Below, in pieces: positions 40,539-51,530 of a stretch of 64,000 bases of DNA; positions within the stretch are counted from its first letter, which is position 1; every line of letters starts with the position of its first letter. Under the pieces are notes generated by a model. That model saw nothing but the letters and a program-made list of their open reading frames with translations, did not search any database and had not been told where the DNA came from. This DNA comes from Sphaerochaetaceae bacterium. GTDB taxonomy: Bacteria > Bacillota_I > Bacilli_A > RF39 > UBA660. The DNA lies in assembly GCA_963609095.1 (NCBI GenBank), contig CAVDHX010000024.1, forward strand, positions 7,126-71,125, given 5' to 3'. A program made the position numbers and the translations under genes.

Positions 40539-40817
40539 ATGGAGAAAATAAGGGTAAATGAAAATGATTATGAGTTAGTAAAGAATTATAAAGATGGTTT
40601 TAATTTGGATGTATTAAATGAAAAATATACATCATATTTTGATGATTATGATTATATATTAGGTGATTGGTCTTATGGAAAATTAAGATTAAAAGGATTT
40701 TGTGATAAAGATAATAAAATGTTTAAAAATATTAATGATATTAATGTTTTAGATGATTATATTAAAAAAAATGGAGCATATGATTGTAAATATTTTGTTT
40801 TAAAAAAGATTAAATAG
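40539..40817 (+). CDS. yutD: YutD-like protein (DUF1027)
   Basis: 92 aa carrying YILGDWSYGKLRLKGF. Confidence 0.55.
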   Translation: MEKIRVNENDYELVKNYKDGFNLDVLNEKYTSYFDDYDYILGDWSYGKLRLKGFCDKDNKMFKNINDINVLDDYIKKNGAYDCKYFVLKKIK

Positions 40818-40905
40818 TCTTTACATAATATTGTAAAGGTATTTAAAATTTATAAAAAAATTATTTTATAAATGGTATAATATAGAAAGAATAGGGGATG
40901 GTTTT

Positions 40906-42060
40906 ATGACAAATAGAATAATTTTAAATGAGACTTCTTATTTTGGATGGGGAGCTAGAGAAAATTTGGTTCCTGAGATTAAAAAAAGAGGATTTAAAAA
41001 AATATTGGTTGTTACTGATGAGACTTTAAAAAATTGTGGTGTGACTGATATGGTAACTAAAGAATTAGAGGGAAATATAGATTATGAGGTTTATTCTGAT
41101 GTGAAACCTAATCCAACGATAACTAATTGTCAAAATGGTATTGATTTTTGTAAAAAGGTTAAGGCTGATGCAATAGTAGCTGTTGGTGGTGGTTCTGTTA
41201 TTGATACAGCAAAGTGTATAGCTATTGTAATTAAGAACCCTGAGTTTTATGACATAAATTCTTTAGAGGGTGCAGTAGATACAAAGAATCCATGTTTACC
41301 AATTATTGCATTGCCAACAACTTCTGGTACTGCTGCTGAGGTAACAATAAATTATGTTATTACAGATGAAAAAAATGTTGTTAAAAGGGTATGTGTAGAT
41401 CCACATGATATTCCTGTTTTATCAATTGTTGATATGGAATTAATGGCAGGTATGCCAAAGATGACTGCAGCGGCTACTGGCCTTGATGCTTTAACTCATG
41501 CTATGGAAGGTTATATTACAAAAGCACATTGGGATATGAGTGATATGTTTCATTTAAAGTCTATGTGTATGACATATTATAATTTGGAAAATGCGGTTAA
41601 TAAGGATAAGCAAGCTATGATTAATATGGGTGTTAGTCAATATATCGCTGGTATGGGATTTTCAAATGTTGGGCTTGGTATTGTTCATTCAATGGCGCAT
41701 CAATTGGGGGCAGCTTATGATGTTGCTCATGGTATTGCTTGTGCACTTTTCTTACCTTATGTTTTAAAGTGGAATAGTAAAGCTTGTAAAAATCGTTTTA
41801 GAGCAATGGCTATAGTATTTGGCTTAGATGTTAATAATAAAAGTGATGATGAATGTGTAGATGCTGTTGTAAATGCGGTTAGGGATTTAGAAAAGAAACT
41901 TGGTGTACCTATGCATTTAAGTGAAATTGAAGGTAAAAAAATAAAGAAGGAAGACTTTGATTTGATGGCAGAAAAAGCTTTAATTGATCCTTGTACTGGT
42001 GGTAATCCAAGAGAGGTTACAAAAGAGGATATTTTAAATTTGTTTAATGAAGCTTATTAA
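40906..42060 (+). CDS. iron-containing (group III) alcohol dehydrogenase
   Basis: 384 aa with the GGGSVIDTAK motif and metal-binding His residues (HAMEG, HSMAHQLG). Confidence 0.88.
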   Translation: MTNRIILNETSYFGWGARENLVPEIKKRGFKKILVVTDETLKNCGVTDMVTKELEGNIDYEVYSDVKPNPTITNCQNGIDFCKKVKADAIVAVGGGSVIDTAKCIAIVIKNPEFYDINSLEGAVDTKNPCLPIIALPTTSGTAAEVTINYVITDEKNVVKRVCVDPHDIPVLSIVDMELMAGMPKMTAAATGLDALTHAMEGYITKAHWDMSDMFHLKSMCMTYYNLENAVNKDKQAMINMGVSQYIAGMGFSNVGLGIVHSMAHQLGAAYDVAHGIACALFLPYVLKWNSKACKNRFRAMAIVFGLDVNNKSDDECVDAVVNAVRDLEKKLGVPMHLSEIEGKKIKKEDFDLMAEKALIDPCTGGNPREVTKEDILNLFNEAY

Positions 42061-42083
42061 GAAATTATATAATTAATTTCTTT

Positions 42084-42749
42084 TTGCTTTATATAAAGGA
42101 TGTTTGTTTTATGAAGGAAAATTATAGAAAATATTTAGATGGAAATATGAACTTTGACAGAATAACATTACTCGGAATATTTGCTTTAGTAATTGTTTTA
42201 TCTGGATGTTTTGGATGGCTTTATGAATTTATTTTTTATTTTTTTAATGGTGGTATGAAGCGTTTTTATTGGAGAGGTGGCAATTTTTTACCTTGGATAA
42301 ATATTTATGCGACTGGTGCTATTATGGTATTTATTTTAACTTATAAGTTGAGAGATAGGCCTTTTTATGTATTTTTAGTTAGTGCGATTTCTTGTGGTGT
42401 TTTAGAATATTTTTCAGGGCTTGGAATGTATATTATTGGTCATGGAATGCGATGCTGGGATTATAATAATGAAATACTTAATTTTGGTAATATTGGTGGA
42501 TTTGTTTGTTTAAGAAGTGTTACTTTTTTTGGACTTTCCAGTTTGTTTTTGATTTATGTTGTTATGCCTTTTTGTTTTTATTTAGCAAATCACATGAATA
42601 AAGAAGTATTTTTATCTATTAGTTTTACTTTGTGTTTTATTATTTTATTTGATGAGTTTTATAATTTAATATTTGCTAGGGTGCTTCATCTTCCAAGGGC
42701 TACTAGTATTTATAAAAAATTAGGAGTGCCTTTTGTTTCATTTAAATAG
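42084..42749 (+). CDS. hypothetical polytopic membrane protein
   Basis: ~5 TM helices; no motif recognised. Confidence 0.45.
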   Translation: MLYIKDVCFMKENYRKYLDGNMNFDRITLLGIFALVIVLSGCFGWLYEFIFYFFNGGMKRFYWRGGNFLPWINIYATGAIMVFILTYKLRDRPFYVFLVSAISCGVLEYFSGLGMYIIGHGMRCWDYNNEILNFGNIGGFVCLRSVTFFGLSSLFLIYVVMPFCFYLANHMNKEVFLSISFTLCFIILFDEFYNLIFARVLHLPRATSIYKKLGVPFVSFK

Positions 42750-42751
42750 AC

Positions 42752-43321
42752 TTATAGAATTTTATCTATAAGTCCATATTTTAGTGCTTCATTTGCACTT
42801 AGAAAATAATCTCTTTCAGTGTCATTTTGAATTTTATTTATATCTTGTTTTGTATTTTTACTTAATATTTTGTTTATTTTTTCTTTTAATTTTAGGATTC
42901 TTTCGGCTGCAATCTTAATTTCTGTTGCTTGTCCTTGTGCACCTCCTAATGGTTGGTGAATCATTATTTCACTATTTGGTAAGGCATATCTCATGTCTTT
43001 TTTTCCAGATGAAAGTAGAAAGGCTGCCATGCTTGCAGCCATTCCAATACAGATGGTTGAAACATCACTTTCAATATAATTCATTGTATCGTAAATAGCA
43101 AATCCAGCAGTAATGGAACCACCTGGTGAATTTATGTATAGATTAATAGGTTCATTATTAATTGAATCTAGGTATAACATTTGAGCTACTATACTGTTGG
43201 CTAGGTTATCATTTATTTCACCTGATAATATTATTATTCGATCTTTTAATAATCTTGAGTATATATCATAAACTCTTTCTCCATCACTATTTTTTTCAAC
43301 AACATTTGGAATTAAACTCAT
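42752..43321 (-). CDS. clpP: ATP-dependent Clp protease proteolytic subunit
   Basis: 189 aa with catalytic Ser in GMAASMAAF, His in MIHQP and the conserved Asp. Confidence 0.92.
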   Translation of the reverse strand: MSLIPNVVEKNSDGERVYDIYSRLLKDRIIILSGEINDNLANSIVAQMLYLDSINNEPINLYINSPGGSITAGFAIYDTMNYIESDVSTICIGMAASMAAFLLSSGKKDMRYALPNSEIMIHQPLGGAQGQATEIKIAAERILKLKEKINKILSKNTKQDINKIQNDTERDYFLSANEALKYGLIDKIL

Positions 43322-43432
43322 ATTATCACCTTCTATTAATATAATAGGTGTAAAGGAGAAATATTATTCATAAAAAAACATGACAAATTTAGATAAATAT
43401 GCTAAGCTAAAATATGAAAGTAGGTGACATTT

Positions 43433-45085
43433 ATGAATTTAAAATATAAAGATAAAAATATTGTTTTAGATACTAAAACTAGTCTTTACGAAGTTTCAAA
43501 ACAAGTTCAAGATGATTTTGAATACCCAATTGTAGGGGCTAAATTAAATCATTTTTTAGTTGGTTTAAATGCACAAGTTGTGTCTGATAGTATAGTAGAT
43601 TTTTATGATATTTCATCAAATGTTGGTAATAGAATTTATTCTAGAAGTTTAGAATTTTTATTAACTGTTGCGAGTAAAAAAATATTAGGTTCTAGTGCTG
43701 ATATATTAATTAATTATTCTTTAGAAAACGGTATATATTGTGAAATAACAGGGGTAGATGTTTCTAAGGAATTGCTTGATAAGATTGAAGATAAGATGCA
43801 TGAGATGGTAGAGGCTAAAATACCTTATATTGAAATGTATGTTAATCGTTTTTCCGCACTTAATTATTTTAAGGCACATAATCAACTTGATAAAGTTGAT
43901 AGTTTAAGATATATTACTAATAAAACTATAACGCTTTATTCATTAGATGGTGTTTTTGATTATTTTTATGGACCTTTAGTTTATGATACATCAGTTCTTA
44001 AAAATTTTGGAATTATTTATTTGAAAGAAAATAGTTTTATATTGACATATCCTTCTTTAAAAAATCCAAATAAGGTTGATGAGTATATACATCATAAGTT
44101 AACGTTTGATACTTATAAAAATTTTCAGGAATGGGGAAGAATTATAAATATAAGTACGGTTTTTCAGTTAAATGAAATATGTACTAATGGTGGTTATTCT
44201 GATGTTGTAAGATTATTTGAAACTCATTATGAGGATCAATTATCCCAAATTGCTGAAGATATTTTTCAAAATAAGGATAAAATAAAGTTAGTTTTACTTG
44301 CAGGTCCTTCTTCTAGTGGTAAAACAACTACAGCTAAAAAATTAGGTTTATATTTACGTGTAAAAGGTATAAAATCGCATAAACTATCATTGGATAATTA
44401 TTTTGTTGACCGTGATAAAGCAGTTAGGGATGAAAATGGTAATTTAGATTTTTCTAGTATGGATTCTATTGATACAAAGTTATTTGAAGAAAATTTAAAA
44501 AATCTTTTGGATGGTAAGTTAACGGAATTACCATATTATGATTTTGTGTCTGGTAAGAAAATATTTAAAGGTGATAATTTAAAAATTGAACAAGGTGAGG
44601 TTTTAATTATTGAAGGAATTCATACTTTAAATGAACAGTTAACTAAAATAATTCCAAGGGATAATAAGTTTAAAATATTTATGAGTCCTTTAATACATTT
44701 AAAATTAGATAATCATAATAGGGTGCATACAACTGATGTTAGAAAATTAAGAAGAATTGTTAGGGATAATTTATTTAGAGGGACGAATGCGGAGACAACA
44801 CTTGCAATGTGGTCAAATGTTGATAAAGAAGCAAGTTTAAATATTTATCCATATCAAGATGATGCGGATGCGATGATAAATTCATCGCTTGGTTATGAAT
44901 TAAATGTGTTAAGAACGTATGCGGAGCCATTGCTTTATGGAATTGATTTTAATAGTGATCAGTATCCAGAAGCGGTTAGACTGATAAATTTACTTAGAAA
45001 TTTTTTATCAATAACTAGTGAGGTTGTTCCTAAGGATTCTATTTTAAGAGAATTTATTGGTGGCAGTGTATTTGAAGAAGATTGA
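43433..45085 (+). CDS. uridine kinase-family nucleoside kinase with N-terminal TGS/ThrRS-like domain
   Basis: P-loop [17 protein letters not shown] within a Udk/PRK-like domain, with a ~270-aa N-terminal extension. Confidence 0.65.
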   Translation: MNLKYKDKNIVLDTKTSLYEVSKQVQDDFEYPIVGAKLNHFLVGLNAQVVSDSIVDFYDISSNVGNRIYSRSLEFLLTVASKKILGSSADILINYSLENGIYCEITGVDVSKELLDKIEDKMHEMVEAKIPYIEMYVNRFSALNYFKAHNQLDKVDSLRYITNKTITLYSLDGVFDYFYGPLVYDTSVLKNFGIIYLKENSFILTYPSLKNPNKVDEYIHHKLTFDTYKNFQEWGRIINISTVFQLNEICTNGGYSDVVRLFETHYEDQLSQIAEDIFQNKDKIKLVLLAGPSSSGKTTTAKKLGLYLRVKGIKSHKLSLDNYFVDRDKAVRDENGNLDFSSMDSIDTKLFEENLKNLLDGKLTELPYYDFVSGKKIFKGDNLKIEQGEVLIIEGIHTLNEQLTKIIPRDNKFKIFMSPLIHLKLDNHNRVHTTDVRKLRRIVRDNLFRGTNAETTLAMWSNVDKEASLNIYPYQDDADAMINSSLGYELNVLRTYAEPLLYGIDFNSDQYPEAVRLINLLRNFLSITSEVVPKDSILREFIGGSVFEED

Positions 45086-45096
45086 GGAGGAATAGA

Positions 45097-46110
45097 ATGA
45101 TAAAAGTTGCAATTAATGGATTTGGACGTATTGGAAGATTGGTATTTAGAATTATGGAAGAGGATGAAGATATTGAGGTAGTTGCTATAAATGATTTAAC
45201 TGATTCTAAACAGTTAGCTTATTTACTTAAATATGATACATCTCATAGAAAGTATTTACCAAATGAAATATCTTATGATGAAGATGGTATTATTGTAAGA
45301 GGAAGAAAAGTAAAAATATATTCAGAACTTGATCCTAATAATTTACCATGGGGCCAGTTAGGAATTGATGCTGTATTTGAATGTACTGGTAAATTTACTG
45401 ATAAAGAAAAAGCTATGTCTCATATTAATGCAGGAGCTAAAAAGGTTATTATTTCCGCACCTGCTAAAGGGGATTTGAAGACAATTGTATATGGCGTTAA
45501 TGAAAATATTTTAGATGGAACTGAACAGGTTATAAGTGCGGCTTCATGTACGACTAATTGTTTAGCTCCAGTTTTAAATGTTTTAAATAATAGTTTTGGT
45601 ATAAAAAATGGATATATGACAACGGTACATGCTTATACAAATGATCAAGCTACGTTAGATGTTGCTCATAAAAAAGGTATTCAAGCAAGAAGGGGCAGGG
45701 CAGCTGCAGCTAATATAATACCAACTTCAACTGGAGCTGCTAGTGCTATTGGTAAGGTTATTCCATCTTTAAGTGGTAAGTTAGATGGAAATGCTATAAG
45801 GGTTCCTGTAACAACTGGTTCTGTTATAGATTTGACTTTACAGTTAAATAGTAAGGTTACTAAAGAGCAAATTAATGAAGTATTTAAAGAAAATTCAAAT
45901 GATACATTAGGTTTTACTACTGATCCTATTGTTTCAAGTGATATTATTGGTGATACACATGGTGGTGTTGTTGATGGACTACTTACTGATGTACTTGAAA
46001 CTGCAGATGGTGATTTAGTTAAGGTTATTGCTTGGTACGATAATGAGATGAGTTATTCAGCGCAGATGGTTAGAACAGCTAAATATTTATTTAAATCTAG
46101 TGTAAACTAG
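45097..46110 (+). CDS. gap: glyceraldehyde-3-phosphate dehydrogenase
   Basis: Has INGFGRIGR and the active-site [20 protein letters not shown]. Confidence 0.92.
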   Translation: MIKVAINGFGRIGRLVFRIMEEDEDIEVVAINDLTDSKQLAYLLKYDTSHRKYLPNEISYDEDGIIVRGRKVKIYSELDPNNLPWGQLGIDAVFECTGKFTDKEKAMSHINAGAKKVIISAPAKGDLKTIVYGVNENILDGTEQVISAASCTTNCLAPVLNVLNNSFGIKNGYMTTVHAYTNDQATLDVAHKKGIQARRGRAAAANIIPTSTGAASAIGKVIPSLSGKLDGNAIRVPVTTGSVIDLTLQLNSKVTKEQINEVFKENSNDTLGFTTDPIVSSDIIGDTHGGVVDGLLTDVLETADGDLVKVIAWYDNEMSYSAQMVRTAKYLFKSSVN

Positions 46111-46144
46111 GTTTTTATTTTAAAAAAATGTATAATATATGTAG

Positions 46145-46921
46145 GTGATGAAAATGTATTGTCCAAAATGTGGAGTAGAAAATGATGAAGAATCTTTCTT
46201 TTGTAAAAAATGTGGTTTTCCATTAGATGAAAAACCTGAAAGTTTTGAAAAAGTTAAGTATAAAAAAGGAAAAACTAAAGTAAAAACTAGGAAAAAAAAT
46301 AAAGTAAAATATGTTGATAGAAATAAAGAAAAAGGTAAAATGAATTTGTTTCAAAAATTTATGATGTTATTTTTTATTTTATTAAGTTTATCTGCTTTAG
46401 GTCTTGCTGGATTTTTAGGCTATTATATTTATACAAATCAAAATATTGATGTTCCTTCTGTTACTGGTTATAGTTATGAAAGTGCTTGTGAGATACTTAA
46501 AAATAGAAAATTACAATGTGTTAAGGTTGAAAAAATAGTTAATGATGAAGATAATGATAAAATTGTTATTAGTCAAAGTAAAAAAAGTGGGTCTAAGGTA
46601 ATGGAAAATACAACTATTAAATTAACTGTTGGTGTTTTAGATACAAGTGTGTTGGTTCCTAATTTAATTGATCTTAATTTGAATGAAGCTATAAGTATTT
46701 TAAATAAGAGTAATATAAAATATAAATTGGTTTATTCTGCTTCAGATAAAGATAATGATGTTGTTATAAATCAAAGTATAAAAAAAGGCAAAAAAATTAA
46801 GTTAACTGATATTTTAATCATAACTGTTTCAAAGAATGATGATGATAAAACAGATAGTAAGACTGATGATAGTAATGAAATTAATGAAAATAATGAAACT
46901 TCAAATGACGTATCTAGCTGA
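46145..46921 (+). CDS. zinc-ribbon / TM / tandem PASTA-domain protein
   Basis: N-terminal CPKCG...CKKCG zinc ribbon, one TM helix, then two PASTA-like repeats (VPSVTGYSYESACEIL..., VPNLIDLNLNEAISIL...). No kinase domain. Confidence 0.55.
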   Translation: MMKMYCPKCGVENDEESFFCKKCGFPLDEKPESFEKVKYKKGKTKVKTRKKNKVKYVDRNKEKGKMNLFQKFMMLFFILLSLSALGLAGFLGYYIYTNQNIDVPSVTGYSYESACEILKNRKLQCVKVEKIVNDEDNDKIVISQSKKSGSKVMENTTIKLTVGVLDTSVLVPNLIDLNLNEAISILNKSNIKYKLVYSASDKDNDVVINQSIKKGKKIKLTDILIITVSKNDDDKTDSKTDDSNEINENNETSNDVSS

Positions 46922-46986
46922 TACGTTTTTATAAAATCACTTGTTATTATTATAAAAATGTTATAGAATAATTGTAGGTGATAAGA

Positions 46987-47364
46987 ATGAGAAAAGGGTT
47001 TACTTTAATTGAATTACTTGCAATTTTAACAGTACTTGGAATTATTATTTTGGTGTCTGTTCCATCTATTATGGATACAAATAAAAAGTCACAGGAAAAT
47101 GATTATACTGAATATAAACATACTGTTGAGAAGGCTGCTGAGGTTTATTTGGAAACTCATTCTGAAAAATTTGAAAAATTTTATGATGTTAAGTCAACGA
47201 ATGGTAGTGAGGTGACAATAAAGTCTGAAGATTTGGTTGCTTTGGGTTATATACAAGGTAGTTTACAAAATCCAAAGACTAAGGTAAAAATAATTGAAGA
47301 GGCTAGTTATGTAGAGGTTAAAAATAATAATGGTACGTTAGAATATACTTATGTATTACCATAG
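46987..47364 (+). CDS. prepilin-type (type IV pilin / competence pseudopilin-like) protein
   Basis: Class III signal MRKGFTLIELLAILTVLGIIILV, with the G/F cleavage motif and Glu+5. ~125 aa. Confidence 0.7.
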   Translation: MRKGFTLIELLAILTVLGIIILVSVPSIMDTNKKSQENDYTEYKHTVEKAAEVYLETHSEKFEKFYDVKSTNGSEVTIKSEDLVALGYIQGSLQNPKTKVKIIEEASYVEVKNNNGTLEYTYVLP

Positions 47365-47373
47365 GAGGATATT

Positions 47374-48558
47374 ATGAAAAAGACAATAAAAGATTATGAT
47401 TTATTAGGCAAAAAGGTTATTATTAGATGTGATTTTAATGTTCCAATTGAGGATGGAATTATTAAAGATGATAGTAGAATAAGAGCTAGTTTAAAAACTA
47501 TTAGGTATGCTAGAAAAATGGGGGCTAAGGTTATATTACTTTCTCATTTGGGAAGGGTTAAGTGTGAAGATGATAAGAAAAAATATACTTTAGAACCTAT
47601 TGCAGAAAGATTAAGTAAGTTATTAAGAAAAAAGGTTATTTTTATTAATGAAACTCGTGGTAAATTATTAGAAGATAAAATTAATAGTATGAAAAATAAG
47701 GATGTTATTTTGATTGAAAATACTAGGTTTGAAGATTTTCCTGATAAGAAGGAAAGTAATTGTGATGAAAATTTAAGTAAATATTGGGCTAGTTTAGGTG
47801 AAATATTTATAAATGATGCTTTTGGAACTATTCATAGGGTTCATGCTTCAAATTATGGAATTGCGAAAAATATTGAAAATGGAATTGGCTTTTTAGTTGA
47901 AAATGAAATTAAAAAATTAAATAAGTTAATGTTAAAACCTAGAAAACCTTATGTTATTGTTTTAGGTGGTAGTAAGGTTAGTGATAAAATAGGGGTAATT
48001 AGTAATTTGATTGATAAGGCTGATTATATTTTAATTGGTGGTGGAATGGCTTTTACTTTTTTAAAGGCTGCTGGATTTAATGTGGGAATGTCTATTTTAG
48101 AAAAGGATAAAGTAGGCTATTGTAGTGATTTACTTAATAAGTATGAGAATAAAATTATTTTACCAATTGATGTTATTACATCATGTGAAATTTCTGATAA
48201 GGCAGATGTTAATGAAAGATTTATAAATGAAATTGAAGCTGATGAGATTGGGTTAGATATTGGCCCAAAAACGGTTGAGGTTTTTAAACAATATTTAGAT
48301 GATTGCAGAACGATATTTTTAAATGGCCCACTTGGATATTTTGAATTGAAACCTTTTGAAAATGGTACTAAGAAGATATTAGAAATTATTTCTGAATCTA
48401 AGGCTTATACTGTTATTGGTGGTGGTGATTCTGTAAGAGGAGTTAATGAATTTAATTTGAGTGATAAGATAAGCCATATTTCAACTGGTGGAGGAGCTAG
48501 TTTAGAATATTTAGAAGGGAAAGCTTTAAAAGCTTTGGATATAATTGATGAAAAATAA
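47374..48558 (+). CDS. pgk: phosphoglycerate kinase
   Basis: 394 aa with N-terminal RCDFNVP and C-terminal GGGASLE motifs. Confidence 0.92.
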   Translation: MKKTIKDYDLLGKKVIIRCDFNVPIEDGIIKDDSRIRASLKTIRYARKMGAKVILLSHLGRVKCEDDKKKYTLEPIAERLSKLLRKKVIFINETRGKLLEDKINSMKNKDVILIENTRFEDFPDKKESNCDENLSKYWASLGEIFINDAFGTIHRVHASNYGIAKNIENGIGFLVENEIKKLNKLMLKPRKPYVIVLGGSKVSDKIGVISNLIDKADYILIGGGMAFTFLKAAGFNVGMSILEKDKVGYCSDLLNKYENKIILPIDVITSCEISDKADVNERFINEIEADEIGLDIGPKTVEVFKQYLDDCRTIFLNGPLGYFELKPFENGTKKILEIISESKAYTVIGGGDSVRGVNEFNLSDKISHISTGGGASLEYLEGKALKALDIIDEK

Positions 48559-49546
48559 TAAACGTAATTTTATTATAATTTTAATTCTTACTTTGTTAGT
48601 GCTTTATTTAGCTTTAAAGGATAATTTTCAGGAAAAGGTTAAGTATTTATTTTCATTTGATATTAAATGGTTATTAATTGCTTTTTCTTTGATTTTATTA
48701 TATTGGTTTTTAAAGGGATTAGTTTTATATTTTTGTAGTAAAAAAGTATATGATAAGTATAGTGTTAAACAAGGTATTTTACTTATGGTTACTACTCAAT
48801 TTTTTCATGCGATTACTCCTTTTTCATCTGGTGGGCAACCTTGGCAGATATATAAGTTGAAAAAAGATGGTCTTTCTTTGGGACAGTCTAGTAATGTTAT
48901 AATTCAGGATTTTATTGCTTATCAAATAGCTTTAGTTTTATTAGGGGCGATTGCTATCATTTCAAATTGTCGCTTTCATTTATTTTCAGCTAGTGCTATT
49001 TTAAAAAAGTTAGTTGTTTTAGGTTTTACAATAAATACTTTAGTTGTTATTTTTCTATTTTTAGTCGCATTTAGTAAGAAATGGAATAAGAAGTTGATTG
49101 ATGGTTCTATTAATATTTTGTATAAATTAAAAATAGTTAAGGATAAGGAAGAAAAGTTAAGTAAATCTGAGGAATTTATTAATAATTTTCATGAGAGTGC
49201 GGTTATTTTGTTTAAAGATAAATTAAATGTTTTTAAAATTATTTTGTTGAATTTTATTGCTTTGGTTGGTCAATATTTGATTCCATTTGCTTTATTGATG
49301 GGACTTGGAATATATTTAAATCCTTTAAAGGTTATAGTTACTTCTGCTTATGTTATGCTTATTGGTTCTATGATGCCAATTCCTGGAGGTACTGGAGGAC
49401 TTGAGTATAGTTTTATTTCATTTTTTAAGAATTTTATAACGGAACCAATTTTATCAAGTGTGATGATTGTTTGGAGAATAGTGACATATTATTTTGGGAT
49501 TTTAATAGGAGGATTGACTCTTTCTTTTAACAAGGAGGCTAAATAA
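48545..49546 (+). CDS. lysylphosphatidylglycerol-synthase-TM-region / flippase-like membrane protein (UPF0104)
   Basis: 333 aa with 8 TM helices. Overlaps pgk at its 5' end and the glycosyltransferase gene at its 3' end. Confidence 0.55.
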   Translation: MMKNNKRNFIIILILTLLVLYLALKDNFQEKVKYLFSFDIKWLLIAFSLILLYWFLKGLVLYFCSKKVYDKYSVKQGILLMVTTQFFHAITPFSSGGQPWQIYKLKKDGLSLGQSSNVIIQDFIAYQIALVLLGAIAIISNCRFHLFSASAILKKLVVLGFTINTLVVIFLFLVAFSKKWNKKLIDGSINILYKLKIVKDKEEKLSKSEEFINNFHESAVILFKDKLNVFKIILLNFIALVGQYLIPFALLMGLGIYLNPLKVIVTSAYVMLIGSMMPIPGGTGGLEYSFISFFKNFITEPILSSVMIVWRIVTYYFGILIGGLTLSFNKEAK

Positions 49547-50772
49547 TGAGAATAGGAATTTTTACTGAAACTTATACACCATATATTAGTGGCCTTGTAA
49601 CAAGTGAGCTTATGTTAAAGAAGGCTTTGGAGAAAAAGGGTCATGAGGTTTATGTTGTGACTGCTAATTTGGAAAATTTTCATTATGAGTATGATAATAA
49701 AGATAGGGTACTTAGAATTCCTGGTATTCCTACTGGTATATATGATTCAAGGCTTACTAGTATTTATCCTATTAAGGCTATTAATAAGATTAGAAGTTGG
49801 CATTTAGATGTTATTCATTCGCAAACTGAGTTTGCTATTGGGACGTTTGCTAGATTGTTCGCTAAACAATATAATATTCCAATTATTCATACATATCATA
49901 CTATGTATGAGGATTATGTTTATTATATAACTAAGGGTCATTTTGATAAATCTAGTAAAAAATTACTTGAATATTTAACTAAATTTTATTGTGATAGGAC
50001 GATAATAGAACTTATTGTTCCAACTAAAAAAGCTTATGATTTATTTAAGAAAAAATATAATGTTTCTAGGAATATTCATATTATTCCAACTGGTATAGAA
50101 GTTGATAGATTTTATAAGGAAAATATTGATGTTAAAAAGTCAAATTTACTTAAGAAAAAGTATAATATAAAAAACAAGGATTTTGTTGCTATATTTGTTG
50201 GGAGGATTGCTGAGGAGAAAAATATTCCGTTTTTGATAGATGTTACTGAGAAGATAATTAAAAGGAAACCCAATTTTAAATTATTGATTGTTGGTGATGG
50301 GCCTGATAAAGAAAAGTATGAAAAGTTGGCTAAAAAGTGTGGAGATAATATTATTTTTACTGGTAAGGTTCCTTGGGATGATGTTCCTATTTATTATGAT
50401 TTAGCTAATGTGTTTATTTCGGCTTCACAAAGTGAAACTCAAGGTTTAACTATTATTGAGGCTATGGCAAGTTCTCTTCCTGCTTTATGTATTAATGATG
50501 AAAGTTTTGTTGGTACTGTTGTTGATGATTTAAATGGTTATTTATTCCAAAATGAGGAAGAATGTATTGATGCTATTTTAAAAATTATGAATGATAAAAG
50601 ATTATTATCTTCTTTAGAAGTGGGCGCGAGAAACAGTGCGGAGATGCATTCATCAAAATATTTTGCTGAAAGGGTTTTAGATGTTTATAATTTGGCTATT
50701 AAAAATAGAAAATTAGGTTATAAAGAGAAGATAGAAAAATTTTTTAAAAGGGTGTTTAGATGGAAAAAATGA
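49546..50772 (+). CDS. GT4-family glycosyltransferase (glycolipid synthase-like)
   Basis: 408 aa with a GT-B fold and the EX7E-like motif (ETQGLTIIEAMASSLP). Confidence 0.8.
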   Translation: MRIGIFTETYTPYISGLVTSELMLKKALEKKGHEVYVVTANLENFHYEYDNKDRVLRIPGIPTGIYDSRLTSIYPIKAINKIRSWHLDVIHSQTEFAIGTFARLFAKQYNIPIIHTYHTMYEDYVYYITKGHFDKSSKKLLEYLTKFYCDRTIIELIVPTKKAYDLFKKKYNVSRNIHIIPTGIEVDRFYKENIDVKKSNLLKKKYNIKNKDFVAIFVGRIAEEKNIPFLIDVTEKIIKRKPNFKLLIVGDGPDKEKYEKLAKKCGDNIIFTGKVPWDDVPIYYDLANVFISASQSETQGLTIIEAMASSLPALCINDESFVGTVVDDLNGYLFQNEEECIDAILKIMNDKRLLSSLEVGARNSAEMHSSKYFAERVLDVYNLAIKNRKLGYKEKIEKFFKRVFRWKK

Positions 50773-51413
50773 TATTTATTAATTTAAAAATGTATTTGAA
50801 TACAAGGAAAGATGTTAAAAATTATATTGATAAATTAAAAGGGTTAAAGATGGTATTTTTTCCTTCTTCTATTTATATTCAAATGTTTATTGATAATGGT
50901 TTTATTTGTGGGTGTCAGGATGTATCTAGTTATCTATCAGGAGCGCATACGAGTGAGATATCTGCTGTTTCTATAAAAGATATTGGGTGTTTATATACTT
51001 TAATTGGTCATAGTGAGGTTGGAGATAATAAAGCAAAAGAAAAGATTAAAGTTTCTTTAGATAATGATTTGATTCCTATTTTATGTGTTGGTGAGAAAAA
51101 GGTTCAAGATAAATATGAAACTCTTGATAGACAGCTTTCAATACTTTCTGATATATGTGGTGAAGTGATTATTGCTTATGAGCCTGTATGGTCTATTGGA
51201 ACTGGCAATATTCCTTCTTGCCATGATATAGAGGATAGTATAAATTATATTAAAAGTAAATATCCAAGCTTTAAGGTTTTATATGGTGGTAGTGTGAATG
51301 AAAGTAATATAGCTGTTTTAAATAATGTTAAAAATATTGATGGTTTTTTATTAGGAACATCTGGAGTAGATGTAGATAGTTTATTAAAAATTAAGGAAGT
51401 TGTTTTGAAATAA
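50760..51413 (+). CDS. tpiA: triosephosphate isomerase
   Basis: Has a WKM-like segment (INLKMY), IGHSE, and YEPVWSIGTG with the catalytic Glu. Confidence 0.8.
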   Translation: MEKMIFINLKMYLNTRKDVKNYIDKLKGLKMVFFPSSIYIQMFIDNGFICGCQDVSSYLSGAHTSEISAVSIKDIGCLYTLIGHSEVGDNKAKEKIKVSLDNDLIPILCVGEKKVQDKYETLDRQLSILSDICGEVIIAYEPVWSIGTGNIPSCHDIEDSINYIKSKYPSFKVLYGGSVNESNIAVLNNVKNIDGFLLGTSGVDVDSLLKIKEVVLK

Positions 51414-51427
51414 CTTCTTTTTATTTT

Positions 51428-51434
51428 TTCGACA
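51428..51434 (-). promoter_or_regulatory. candidate Spo0A binding site (0A box TGTCGAA) upstream of spo0A
   Basis: The plus strand reads TTCGACA, the reverse complement of the consensus 0A box, ~100 nt upstream of the spo0A start. Confidence 0.35.
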
Positions 51435-51530
51435 AAATTAGCTATTTTTAACTCTAGATGAAAATAAAAAACTTTTGTATAATTTTAGTAAAGCACATGT
51501 AAATGGGCTTATATAAGAAGGGGAGATAAT

